From assembly GCA_030390025.1 (NCBI GenBank), contig CM059432.1, positions 8,432,001 to 8,496,000 on the forward strand: a DNA stretch of 64,000 nucleotides, read 5' to 3'. The notes below the pieces were generated by a model. The model was not told where the DNA came from and ran no database searches. It saw only the letters and a program-made list of their open reading frames with translations. Positions 37,488 to 50,404 of this stretch are shown in pieces. How positions within the stretch are numbered: the stretch's first letter is position 1; each line of letters starts with the position of its first letter. This stretch comes from Squalus acanthias. Lineage: Eukaryota. The translations under genes were made by a program, and so were the position numbers.

Positions 37488-40400
37488 GAATCATAGAATC
37501 ATAGAAAGTTACAGCACGGAAGGAGGCCATTTCAGCCCATCGTGTCCGCGCTGGCCAACGAAGAGCTATCCAGCCTAATCCCACTTCCCAGCTCTTGGTC
37601 CGTAGCCCTGCAGGTTAGAGCATCCCAAGTGCACATCCAAGTACTTTTTAAATGTGGTTCGGGTTCCTGCCTCGACCACCCTTTCAAGCAGTGAGTTCCA
37701 GACCCCCACAACCCTCTGAGTGAAGAAATTTCCCCTCAAATCCCCTCTAAACCTTCCCCCAATTACTTTAAATCTGTGCCCCCTGGATTTTGACCCCTCT
37801 GCTAAGGGAAATAGGTCCTTTCTATCCACTTTATCTATGCCCCTCATAATTTTATACACCTCAGTAAGGTCTCCCCTCAGCCTCCTCTGTTCCAAGGAAA
37901 ACAGACCCAGCCTATCCAATCTTTCCTCATAGCTAAGATTCTCTACTCCCGGCAACATCCTTGTAAATCTCCTCTGTACCCTCTCTAGTGCAATCACATC
38001 TTTCCTGTAACGTGGTGACCAGAACTGCACGCAGTACTCTAGCTGAGGCCTAACTAGTGTTTTATACAGTTGAAGCATAACCCCCCTGCTCTTGTATTCT
38101 ATGCCACGGCTAATAATGGCAAGCATTCCGTATGCCTTCTTAACCAAATTATCTGCTTGGCCTGCACTCCAAGGTCCCTTTGTTCCTCTACACTACTCAG
38201 TGTCCTACCATTTAATGTGTATTCCCTTGCCTTGTTAGCCCTCCCCAAATGCATTACCTCACACTTCTCCGGATTGAATTCCATTTGCCACTGTTCTGCC
38301 CACCTGACCAATTTATTGATATCTTCCTGCAGTCTACAGCTTCCTTCTTCAGTATCAACTACACAGCCGATTTTAGTATCATCTGCAAACTTCTTAATCA
38401 TACCCCCTATATTCAAGTCAAGATCATTGATATATACCACAAAAAGCAAGGGACCTAGTACTGAGCCCTGCAGAACCCCACTGGAAACAGCCTTCCAATC
38501 ACAAAAACACCCATCAACCATTACCCTCTGCTTCCTGTCTCCGAGCCAGCTTTGAATCCAACTTGACACTTTGCCCTGGATCCCATGGGCTTTTAACTTC
38601 GTGACCAGTCTGCCATGTGGAACCTTATCAAAAGCCTTGCTAAAGTCCATATACACTACATCAAACGCACTACCCTCATCTACCCTCCTTGTTACCTCCT
38701 CAAAAAATTGAATCAAGTTTGTCAGACACGACCTCCCTTTAACAAATCCATGCTGACTATCCTTGATTAATCCATGTCTTTCTAAATGAAGATTTATTCT
38801 GTCCTTCAGAATTCTTTCCAATAATTTTCCCACCACCGAGGTTAGGCTGACTGGTCTGTAATTACTCGGTCTATCCTTTTCTCCCTTTTTAAACAAGGGT
38901 ACCACATTAGCAGTCCTCCAGTCCTCCGGCACCACACCTGAAGCCAGAGAGGATTGAAAAATGATGGTCAGGGCCTCTGCTATTTCCTCTTTTGCTTCGA
39001 TTAACAGCCTGGGGTACATTTCATCCGGGCCTGGGGATTTATCCACTTTTAAAGCTGCTAAACCCCTTAATACTTCCTCCCTCACTATGTTTATTTCATC
39101 TAATATTTCACTCTCCTCCCCCCCCCCGATAGCAATGTCTGCTTCGCCCCTCTCCTTTGTGAAAACAGACGCAAAGTATTCATTAAGAACCCTACCGACG
39201 TCTCCTGCCTCCACACACAGTTTACCCTCATGATCTCTAATAGGCCCTACCCTTTCTTTAGTTATCCTCTTACTGTTAATGGCCCAGAAATTTGACTCGG
39301 AGGCTTGCCGCGGGGGTAAGGATTGCGCGCGATATCACCTACCGCGCCTGCCGTTCTTGTTTGCCCCCACAGGAACTTCGGGTCCTGGGCCTCTCCCTAG
39401 TGCCGGCGCGCAGTGCTTGCGTGTCCCAGGGGCGCAGTTAGTGCGATGCGACCCCTGGGATCATGTGGGCCATGGAGAGCCAATGGCAGCAGACCATCTT
39501 TCATTCATAGATTTGACAGGAGACCAGGAGACCTGTCAAATCTGTGAATTAAAATCGGCCCCAAAAGAACAGCTAAACCTCAAATAAATTTTTTAAAAAA
39601 CCATCACATTAATAAAATAACTATAGTTAAATAAATTAACCACTTTAAACAAAAATTTAAATTTTTGAAAAAATTAAAAAAGTTATAAAAATAAACTTAC
39701 CTTTCTTTAAAGTCTCTAAAAAAGATAAACCTGTTGAAAAAAAATTAAAATTATACTTAATTAACTACTTACCTTGTTCAAAAGGGGTCTTACTTGTATA
39801 GAATCTTCCATACTTACCCTCGCGTTGAAACCTGAAAAAAAACCTAAGTGTGCTGCGTGCGCGCAGCCTCTAGTGCGCACGCGGTTCACCTAGGAACCGC
39901 CCCCTTCGCCATACCGGAAGTGCCGGTTTCCCGCGCATGCGCAGTGCATGCAGGAAACCGGCACTTCGGGAACGAATACGGGTGAGTACGCACTGAGTAC
40001 TCACCCGAGAACGGCCGAAGTTTTGGGCCAATATATTTATAAAACATCTTTGGGTTTTCCTTGATTTTACTTGCCAAGAATTTTTCATGCTCTCTCTTTG
40101 CTTTCCTAAGATCATTTTTAATTGCACCCCTGCACTTTCTGTACTCCTCTAAAGATTCTGGAGTATTTAGCCCTCGGTATCTGTCATACTCCTCCCTTTT
40201 TTTCTTTATCCTACCCTGTATGTCTCTAGACATCCAGGGGGCTCTAGATTTGTTAGTCCCACCTTTTTTCTTCAAGGTCACATATTTGGTCTGAACCCTC
40301 CGGATCTCCTCCTTGAATGCCTCCCACATGCTCTGACACTGATTTACCTTCAATTAGCTGTTTCCAGTCCACTATGGCTAAATCCCCTCTGAGCTTAGCA

Positions 40401-42560
40401 AAATTTGCTTTTCCCCAATTTACAATTTTTATTCCTGGTCTATCCTTGTCCTTTTCCATAACTACCTTAAATCTAACAGAATTATGGTCACTAGCACCAA
40501 AATGCTCCCCCACTGATACGTCTTCTACCTGCCCAGCTTCATTCCCTAAAACTAAGTCCAGAACCGTCCCCTCCCTTGTTGGGCTTGCTGCATACTGGCT
40601 AAAAAAGTTCTCCTGGATGCATTTTAGGAAATCTGCACCTTCTATATCCTTCACACTAATTTTATCCCAGTTAATATTGGGGTAGTTGAAATCCCCTACT
40701 ATTACTACCCTATAGTTTTTGCACTTCTCAGAAATTTGTCGACATATTTGTTCTTCTATCTCCCTCTCACTGTTTGGGGATCTGTAGTACACTCCCAGCA
40801 GTGTGATTGCCCCTTTTTTGTTTTTCAATTCGACCCATATGGCCTCGTTTGATGATCCCTCCAACATATCATCCCTCCTCACATCTGTAATAGTTTCTTT
40901 AATCAATACCGCGACCGCCCCCTCCCTTTTTACCTCCCTCTCTATCCTGTCTGAAAATCCTGTAACCAGGAATGTTGAGCTGCCATACCTGCCCCTCTTT
41001 CAGCCACATCTCTGTAATAGCTATAATATCGTAGTCCCAAGTATCTACCTGTGCCCTCAGCTCATCTGCCTTGTTCGCTATACGCCTTGCATTGAAGTAT
41101 ATACCATTTAGTACAGACAAACCTCCTTGTTGGCTACTATCTAGCCCTTGATTCCTCTGTCCTTCCAATTTACTTTCTATGTTTTTGTTTTCCAATTCCA
41201 GTTTTTCTTCCCTCCCTATTGACTCCTTACTTAGGTTCCCATCCCCCTGCCAAGCTAGTTTAAACCCTCCCCAACAGCACTAGCAAACCCTCCCGCGAGG
41301 ATATTGGTCCCGTTCCCGTTGAGGTGCAACCCGTCTGGCTTGTAAAGGTCCCACCTCCCCCAGAAACGGTTCCAATTCCTCAGGAATCTGAAGCCCTCCC
41401 TCCTACACCATCTCTCCAGCCACGCATTCAGCTGCTCTATCTTCCTATTTCTGAACTCACTAACACGTGGCTCTGGTAATAATCCATAGATTACTACCTT
41501 TGAGGTCCTGCTTTTTAACCTCTTTGCTACCTCCTAAACTCTGCCTGCAGGACCTCATCCCTCTTCCTACCTATGTCGTTGGTACCGATATGGACCATGA
41601 CCTCTGGCTGTTCACCCTCCCCCCTGCAGCCATTCAGTGACATCCTTGACCCTGGAACCAGAGAGGCAACATACCATCCTGGAGTCACGTCTGCGGCCGC
41701 AGAAACACCTGTCTGCTCCCCTAACTATTGAATCCCCTATCACTATTGCTCTCCCTCTCCTCTCCCCCCCCCCCCCCCCCCCCCGCCTGTGCAGCTGAGC
41801 CTTCCATGGTGCTGTTGACTTGGCTCTGGCTGCACTCCCCAGAGGAACCATCGCCCTCACCAGTACTCAGCACCGAATACTGGTTGGTGAGCAAGATAGG
41901 CCCAGGGGACTCCTGCACTACCTGCCTTGTCCTCGTCTTCTGTCTGACGGTCACCCATTCCCTCTCTGCCTGCACACTCTTAAGCTGCGGGGTGACCACC
42001 TCCCGAAACGTGCTATCCACGTAGCTCTCAGCCTCGCAGATGCACAGCAGTGACTCCAGCCGCCGCTCAAGCTCCGTAACCCGGTGCTCGAGCTGCTGTA
42101 GCTGGCGACACTTCCCGCACATGTGGTCGTCCAGACCAGGGGAGGTGTCCAGGACTTCCCACATGGCACAGGATGTGCATTCCACGGGTGTGAGCTGCCC
42201 TGCCATACCTCTAATTAACCTCTAATTTTCTAACCTAGCTGGAATAAACTTAAAAACTTTAAGAAAGCTAAGTAAAAAAAATTACCAGATACTCACCAAT
42301 CAGCTCCCTCCCCTTGTGCCGACGTCACTTTTGACTTCTGACGTCACTCTTTGCAAACTCTGCCGGTGCTGAGTTGATACCACCGCCGCCTCGCCGCTCC
42401 TCCCAGGTCCGCACTGCCGGCGCTGCTGCTGCTGCTGTGGGGCCTACCTGTGCTTCGGGCTCCCTTTATACCACCGCCACCGCCTCGCCGCTCCTCCCAG
42501 GTCCGCTCTGCCGCCGCTGCTGCTGCCGAGGTCACTTTGGATGAGGTCACTTGCCGCGGT
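37488..42560 (-). mobile_element. CR1 LINE, essentially full length (5'UTR repeats, ORF1, ORF2), degenerate
   Basis: ORF1 MAGQLTPVECTSC..CGKC..IVIGDSIVRG. EN 40253-41195. RT 38099-39214 with FSKAFD and FADD. Tail (TTCTATGA)n at 37488. Tandem GC-rich 5'UTR repeats at 42355-42530. Confidence 0.97.
39281..40029. mobile_element. Harbinger-type MITE inserted in CR1 ORF2
   Basis: TIR GGCCCAGAAATTTG / GAAGTTTTGGGCC; TSD AAT; CR1 sequence resumes exactly. Confidence 0.85.
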
Positions 42561-42561
42561 T

Positions 42562-43150
42562 AAAGAAAGAAAGATAGACTTGCATTTATATAGCGCCTTA
42601 CATGACCTCAGGACGTCCCAAAGCGCTTTAAAGCCAATGAACATAAGACATAAGAACTTAAGACGTAGGAGCAGGAGTCGGTCATTTGGCCCCTCGAGCC
42701 TTCTCCGCCATTCAATAAGATCATGGCTGATCTGATCTTGGCCTCAACACCACTTTCCTGCACTATCCCCATAACCCTTGACTCCCTTACCATTCAAAAA
42801 TCTGTCTATCTCCACCTTAAATATATTCACTGACCCAGTCACCACAGCTCTCTGGGGAAGAGAATTCCAAAGATTCATGACCGTCTGAGAGAAGAAATTC
42901 CTCCTCATTTCCATTTTAAATGGGTGCCCCCTTATTCTGTACAATGAAGTACTTTTGAAGTGTAGTCACTGTTGTAATGTGGGAAACGCGGCAGCCCATT
43001 TGCGCACAGCAAGCTCCCACAAACAGCAATGTGATAATGACCAGATGTTTTCGTGATGTTGGTTAAGGGATAAAAATAGAACCATGGGATCTTTTCCGTC
43101 CACCCGAGAGGGCTGACGGAGCCTCTGTTTAACGTCTCATTCGAAAGATG
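42562..43150 (-). mobile_element. DeuSINE split by a CR1 3' fragment (42640-42942, -)
   Basis: The SINE breaks and resumes at CAATGAA. Confidence 0.85.
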
Positions 43151-43804
43151 GGTACCATTAACAAAACGATCTGTTTACCATTAACATAATGTTCACTCGT
43201 TAATGTTTTTAGTGCCACAATGTCATGGAGCCAGAAAGGTAAACAAGCTCTATGACAAGATAATCAATATAGTTCCAGTAGTTGGACGTACTTGGCTGTC
43301 ATTTTTTTCCCTCCACTTCTCTTCTCTCTTGACAGCAGTGACCACGCTTCACTCCTGTCCATGGAGGTCAGCAGTCCCCCACTACCTCGCTCCCCATGGC
43401 CATCCTTCTACTGCAAGTGTGTCCACAAGCTATCTGATACCACGTTTGTCTTCATAAAGACTTCCTTTGAAAGAAAGGTCTTTAGCTTGGACCTTCTGAT
43501 TAAAATAGATGAGCAGCTTATATATCGTTGCTTTAAAAAAAAATCAAATAGCTGCACATAATAGATGGGATTTGCTGGTCCCCTTTGCTTGGGCACATGT
43601 CCAGTGGGTGAGACTTTCACCCACCATGGGGATTCCCTCCACCCACCTCCCTCTCCCCCGGCAGTATTTCTAACTCCCAGGTTATTGGCACAAGAGTGTT
43701 GGACTCCCTGGTCTGCGCCACTCTGTTCTGTTTTGTTGGGTGCATGTATCAAAGATCATTACTTACACTGAAGTTTCCTGGAATCCCTTCAATAACTTGT
43801 TGAA

Positions 43805-44095
43805 TGGGTCATAACTATAGGATAGTCACTAATAAATCAAATAAGGAGTTCAGGAGAAACCTCTTCACCAAAAGAGTGTTTGGAATGTGGAACTCGCTAC
43901 CACCTGGAACAGTTGAGGCGACTATCATAGATGCATTTAAGAGGAAACTGGATAAACACATGAAGGCGAAAGGAATAGAAGGATATGATGATAGGGTTAT
44001 ATTCAGTCGGGTGGGAGGAGCCTTGTGTGGGGCATAAACGCCGGCATGGACCAGTTGGGCTGAATGGCCTGTTCCTGTGCCGTCCATTCTATGTA
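43805..44095 (+). mobile_element. CR1 3' fragment
   Basis: GHNYRIV..RRNLFTKRVFGMWNSLP. Confidence 0.8.
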
Positions 44096-44115
44096 AATAA
44101 ATTGAAAGACCTAAG

Positions 44116-44931
44116 GGGGCGAAATTGGGTGCCTTTGCGCCTCCCGTGGCTTTGCGACCGGGCGCGGCGCTAAAATCGACTCCCGCCATATTCAGCGAGA
44201 GTTTTGCAGCGGCGCTACGGTGTTGCACCCCGAGCGCCTTCGCCCGGCGATCGTGACGTCATCGCCGTGCGCATTGCTCCGGTAGCGCCCCGGACCCGAG
44301 CTTTACTTCCGCCCCCTGCAGCAGCGCCGGGTGAAAACACCGACAGCTGCAGGAGGCGTGCGTCGGGCGGCCGGCCGCTTCAGGGGCGATGATTAAAGGC
44401 GAGGTGGCCGAGGTTAGTAAAAAAAAACTTACCTTTCTTGTTCCACTTTGTTTCGTGGGTTCCTGCCCGCGATCGATCAGCCCAGCGCTCTGCTTGAGTA
44501 CCGGGCTGATCGCGCAGGATCGCGGCTGCCTTGGTGGTCCAGGTCGGTACTTTTTAAATTGCAGAGCCTGCAGCGATGGCCCTTCCCTTTAAGGGAGGGA
44601 AGGAGCCTTTGAACGGGGCGGCGCTGCACGGCCCAGTGTGCAACGCTGCTGAAGTCTCCGCCCCACCTGCTGCCGATTGCGCCCTAAGAAGGAAGTGGAG
44701 CGCTTGATTTAGAGCTCCACTTCCTTCTTGGAGCGCAAAACCGAATGTTTTAAAAGTTTAGAAACATTAGCGCCTGGCGGGGACGCGGTGCTATCGGACA
44801 GCACCTCAGCAACGCCCCGCCGAATTTCTTGGGAGGCGCTTGTTCCCCCCCCGGATAGTAAGCTCTTTGCCCCCGTTAGCACCTCCCGGAGTCGCTAATG
44901 GCAGGCGCAAAGGAGCCGAATTTCTAGCCCC
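44116..44931. mobile_element. GC-rich Harbinger-type MITE
   Basis: TIR GGGGCGAAATT / AATTTCTAGCCCC; TSD AAG; CpG-rich; internal hairpins. Confidence 0.8.
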
Positions 44932-45599
44932 AAGTCTCCAACCTTTTGCTCTTCCTATGCATTTTCCGAATCTGGGGCAGTGGGGTATACAGTCTTTGTA
45001 ACTGGAGCAGACCCAAGCTTTGAAATGGAATGTGAACGAGTCAGGAGCAAATATCACCACGTCTCCCGCCTCATGTTCCCGCGTCTCTGTTTGGTGAAGA
45101 CCCGAGTGCAGTTAGTGCCCCGCAGATTGTGAGCCTTGGTGCTTGAGCCCAGAGCCCAGAGCCCTGAGATCGGAGCGTCTGAGAAGGGACGTCAGTAGAC
45201 ACCGACACGCACCAAGAATGTAAGTACTGGCCTGGAGTTTCCGCAAAAGATCGAGGGATCCGAAACGCAAAAATTCGTCCCACGCAAATCGAGTTTCCGC
45301 GATCGTTTTGAAAAACATTGCACTAGAAGCCGTCCCCGCCCACAAAATTTGCCACACCCTCCGGATCAGATTAATCGTCATGGCGAGTTTCCTATATTGC
45401 GCTCGTTTGCAGGTCTTCGAGGAGGGTCCAGTAATCCGGGCAACGAGCCTGCTTGCTTGCTCTGGGTAAAAAAATGCATGGGGAAGAGGAGCCTTCTTAT
45501 CAAAGAGATGCAGCTGTGTTGGAGTTTCACTCAACATTCAGAAGCAGCAGCAGTTGATTGATAACGGGATTCATTGATACTCGTCAGAATTCATAAGGA

Positions 45600-45980
45600 T
45601 TTGAATGGGTCCCTCACGAAAATATGCTATTCTTGTTCCTGACAGAGTAAATAAGGAGAAACTGTTTTCTTCTGGCAGAAGAGTCAGTCACCAGAGGACA
45701 CAGATTTAAGACAACTGGCAACAAATCCTGGAGGGGAGATGAGAAGAAATTATTTTCCGTTGTTATGATCTGGAACGCGCTGCCTGAAAGAGTGCTAGAA
45801 GCAGATTCAATAGCAAACTTCAAAAAGGGAATTGGATAAATACTTGCAAAGGGAAAAAAAATGCAGGGCTATGGGGAAAGAGCAGGGGAGTGAGTGGGAC
45901 TAATTGGATAGCTCTTTCAAAGAGCCGGCACAGGCACGATTGTCTGAATGGCCTCCTTCTGTGCCGCATGATTCTATGAT
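45600..45980 (+). mobile_element. CR1 3' fragment
   Basis: CR1 3' consensus with ATGATTCTATGA tail. Confidence 0.75.
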
Positions 45981-46244
45981 AATTGCTGATCACAGAATTG
46001 CTGGTGCACTGTTCTGATTCGATGAATAAATATGCATCATAGTCTCCAGAAGCGCATACAGCAAGTTCTCTTTCAGTAACGCTGCGCATTGTGCTGTTTT
46101 GACTGGCTGTATTTCAGTGGATATTTACCTGGGCCATTATGTTTCATCAGATGTTGATGACTGGTACCATTGGGGGGGGGCGGCAGAAGCGATTTTGTTT
46201 CCCGCACTCATGACATTCCTTTCCCTTTGTTGGACAGTCACCAG

Positions 46245-46453
46245 TGACATGAATCTTGTATGAAGTAATACTGGGCGGCCTGCTGGTGGCGCTGTCCAGG
46301 GAGAGTATAAATACTCGGACATGGGCCCAGCTTGCTTAGGACATTCCTCAACAGGAACAAGTGAAGGACACAACCAGATCTCCATGTTGAAAAACAGTTG
46401 ATTAAAGCTTTGTTTAACGCTTAGACCAAGTGCCTAGTAGTTTTCTTACGTCA
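46245..46453 (+). mobile_element. Solo-LTR-like element, 209 bp
   Basis: TGACATGAA...TTACGTCA; TATAAA at ~46306; ATTAAA at ~46401; TSD ACCAG/ATCAG. Homolog of 10750-10968. Confidence 0.7.
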
Positions 46454-46919
46454 ATCAGTATGGGGATAATTGCCACCACAATAATAACGTATGATTGGAG
46501 TTGGCCTGTCTTGACTGAGGTGTTGTCTTGCCATGACGGAATTGGCAGTTGACATTTATCTGGTTGACTGGGACTTCCACATCTGCTGCACAGCAGTTGG
46601 CTGGATCAAGTGCCCTAGCTAGTTCTAATAACTCATCCAAAACGTGTTCGTTCCCCAGCGTTATGTGGTGCAAAAATATTAGTCAAGCATCACTTGTAAT
46701 CTGTGTTTTCTGATTTCACGAACTGCATTAGTGAAATTACAATTTTTCTGCTTGGGGCCACAAGTATGTGCACAAAGCACCAGCTGATTCATTCTTGTAC
46801 TGTTTCGCCTGTCAAAATATGATTGAGTCAGATATATTATTATGCTTAGGCGTGAAATGATCAGCTGGGCCTTTCTTAGCCTTATCATACTTTGAATCAT
46901 CTCCAGAATCAGACAGTCT

Positions 46920-47812
46920 GGGGTAGAAATTAGGTCGCGCCCCATTTGGGGCGCAAATATCGTCTGGACGCAAATATTAGCGCCTGGCGCTAATTATCGG
47001 CACTGACTGGAAACTTCACTTTTACCACCCCGGGAGGTGAGTGGAGCGCTAAATCAGGCGCTGCACACCTGTCTTAAGGCGCAAAGGCCAAGGAGTGAGG
47101 CGCTAACTCAGAGCGCTGGCGAAGCTCATGTAATGTCAGTCAGCAATGGAACACACACACAATGGCACGGGCCAGTTCTTAAAGGGGATGGTTAATCTTG
47201 CTTTCCATCCACATCCTGTTCATTGCAGCCTTGAATCTCGGCCTGGAGAGACTTGCACATCAAATGTGCTGGAAAGAACAATGGAGAGTACCAGGCAAAG
47301 AGCTCAGAGTGCAGCTCCCACAGTCTCTGCTAAATCGATACAAGGAATGGCAAATCAAAATGAACCTGCAAAGTGCTGCTCAGTACCCAAAACTCCTTCA
47401 CACAACGTTGAATCTCTCCAGAAGTCTCTCCCTCTCTCTCTCAGAATGCGTAGTTCAAAAATGCCACCAACAATAAAAGACAGGAAGAGGCCCCCTTTAA
47501 ATAGCGCCCCCCCCAGCCCCACAGCGATTGATAGCGTTCCAGTCTTCTGGTCGTTGGATGCGCCAGGCGGTAAGGCAGGGGGCGCCACTCAATTTCCGCT
47601 CCGGGGTGCCACAAGGGCGTTGCACCATGGAATGACGTCACAATCTGCGCGCGCAGGTGGTCGCAGCGGTAAGTTTTAGCGCCGCCACACAATGTCAAGT
47701 TAAGTTCCCGAGCGGCGCAAACATCGCTGCGCCCGGGCGTTAGCGGCTTTGTGCCCCATTAGCACCCTCTTAAGGCGCTAACGGGAGGCGCAACCAACTG
47801 AATTTTTACCCC
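46920..47812 (+). mobile_element. Harbinger-type MITE, family A copy 1
   Basis: TIR GGGGTAGAAATT / AATTTTTACCCC; colinear with 62131-63026. Confidence 0.85.
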
Positions 47813-47832
47813 TATATATCTTGGAAATAATC

Positions 47833-48120
47833 TCAGGTGGACGTAAATGATCCCACGGGCACTATTTCGAAGAAGAGCAGGGGGGAGTTCTCCCCCAGTC
47901 TCCTGGCCAATATTTATCCCTCAATCGACATCACTAAAAAACAGATTATCTGGTCATCATCACATTGCTGTTTGTGGGAGCTTGCTGTGCGCAAATTGGC
48001 TGCCGCGTTTCCTACATTACAACAGTGACTACACTTCAAAAGTACTTCATTGGTTGTAAAGCGCTTTGGGACGTCCGGTGATCATGAAAGGCGCTATAGA
48101 AATGCAAGTCTTTCTTTTTT
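47833..48120 (+). mobile_element. DeuSINE, 5'-truncated
   Basis: Deu core 3' half plus tail. Confidence 0.85.
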
Positions 48121-48414
48121 TCCCCATAATACAAAAGTCAAGTTCTCTCTCATGTTATTATCAACAAATAACACTCAGAGTAAATGAGACAAATATGAAG
48201 ATATTAATATTACCAATCATTAGCACATGTAGAGTGTATGGAATCTGAGAGACACAGTAAGCATCGATGAACTGATTTTATAAATTTGACTTCAAAAGTG
48301 AAAATAACTTACTTTCTCTAGCATATCATCATTGATGTATACGAAAGCAGATTTGATAATCATACACCACGTGCTAATCGTATATGACATGCTCCCTGAA
48401 TAATAACTGTTCAC

Positions 48415-48848
48415 AAGTTGCACCAAGTCCCGTTCATCCATCCCACCCTGTTCTCGCTGACCTACATTAGCTCCCAGTCCGGCAAATTCCTCAATGACCT
48501 CGCCGTTCCCTATCTCTGTAACGTCCTCCGAGATCTCTGCACTCCTCCAATTCTGGCCTCTTGCGCATCCCCGATTTTAATCGCTCCGCCATTGGTGGCT
48601 GCGCCTTCAGCTGCCTAGGCCCTAAATTCTGGAATTCCCTCCCTCAAGCTTTACGTCTTTCTGTCTCTCTCTCTCTCCTCCTTTAAGACGCTCCTTAAAA
48701 CCTACCTCTTTGACCAAGCTTTTGGTCCCCTGCCCGAATATCTCTTAAATGGCTCGGTGCCAAACTTTGTTTGATAACGCTCCTGTGAAGCGCCCTGGGA
48801 CGTTTTACTACATTAAAGGCGCTGTATAAATACAAGCCACTGCTGTTG
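48415..48848 (+). mobile_element. L2 3' fragment
   Basis: Matches the reverse complement of 24728-25220. Confidence 0.8.
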
Positions 48849-49263
48849 CTCACTTGGCCATTCTCCATGGATGAGCCTGAACAACACACGCGCATCTCAT
48901 GTTATTCTATTAATTGAATTAAGTGTACATTGCAAACTTTAATGATACTTCTAAATTGTGTGAGTCACTGGCACAACAACACTTACATAAAATGACATAG
49001 AATATACAATACAGAAACAGGCCATTCGGTCCAACCAGTCTGTGCTGATGTTTATACTCGACACGAATCTCCTCCCTTTCTTACTACCTCATCTCAGCCT
49101 TTCAGCATATCTTTCTATTCCCTTTTCTCTCACTTAGCAGAATCATTTCATAAAGACGTGTTTATTAAGCCTTTCATTCATTTGTTTCAGAAAGCGTACA
49201 ATGTGAGGATGTAAAGCACATCAGCGTGTTATTTGTGAATAGCATCACCAAGACAAACACCGA

Positions 49264-50017
49264 TGACCTGGATTTTGCGGTCAGCGGCGAAGATTCGGCG
49301 CTCGCCATTCACCTCGCTGACAGCTGCCCACAAAGGTTTGACCGGCTTTAGACTTCCAGTCATCAGGCGTCTGATACAGCCCTCTACAGGGGAATCTGTG
49401 TTGTCTGTGGACAGAGCAAGAACCAGCGAGGCCCTTCAACCAATCAGATTGAAGAATCCTCACAAAGTCCAAACCAGGAAGTATAAAGCAGGAAATATAA
49501 ATTAGATTTACATCATGTACAGAAAGCAAAATAACAATTAGGAAATACAGATGGGATTAAGGGAGAGAGAGATAAAAGAGACAAACAGAAAAAGTAAAAA
49601 AAAAAATTAATTTTGTTTTTAATTCTGCAACATTAATTTTCTTCTGAGGAAATTAGACTTCACACTTGTAAAATTAATTTTTCAGTGCCAGAGCGGTTGT
49701 TCAGCAGTAATTATTACTTACGCCATTAAAAACTCACTTCCTCCTGAATGCACTCGCCCTAACTTTTTCAACAGTCCTTAGTGCGGAACTATTGGGCAAT
49801 ACAGCAAGTTCACGCCATTGCATTGATTTCAGTGCCGAGTCTCTCGGTGAGGACTGTAACAGCGCGCCCCGTGGAGGAGCGGGGTATCTCTGACAGCAAC
49901 TCCTGGATTTCTGCATTTAACGGCGCATGTGCGGATGCAAGAGGCTGCTGTCAGATTTACCCTGTAATAACGGTGAGGTCTGATAGCCTCACCATTATTA
50001 TTACAGCAAAATCTACA
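49264..50017. mobile_element. Harbinger-type MITE related to 22470-23362 (opposite orientation)
   Basis: Imperfect TIR GACCTGGATTTTGC / GCAAAATCTAC; shared internal layout. Confidence 0.6.
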
Positions 50018-50404
50018 TGTAAAATTTTTGGCTCCTTTCTGAAACAACAGAGGGCAAACACTATTCCATGAAGGAATATACTTTGACTCTAAAAAAATAT
50101 CTTTTAATATTTTCTCAATGGCCTTGCTACAATTACTCCAATTCCTTGCCTCCCCCACCAGACCTTGCAAAATATTGTTATTTGCTCGTTATATATTCGG
50201 TGAAAACCACAAAGAAATAAAGGTGAACAACATCAAAGGAAGAAGGTTGAAGGGTTTTGGACATCTCCATATCAAACCAAAATACCAGTTTGAAGGAAAC
50301 TAAAAGGCTGGGCCAGAAACGATGGATTCTGCTACAGGAGCTGAGTTTGGGTAAAAGTATGAATTCAACAAAGGAGCTGTTAAACTGACTGTTCAAAACA
50401 GCAT

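Noticed and set aside
47146..47679. 177-aa ORF with a paralog at 62358-62672
   Set aside because: Both lie inside copies of the same MITE; the frame is broken by a (CT)n length change in the second copy; no recognisable domain.
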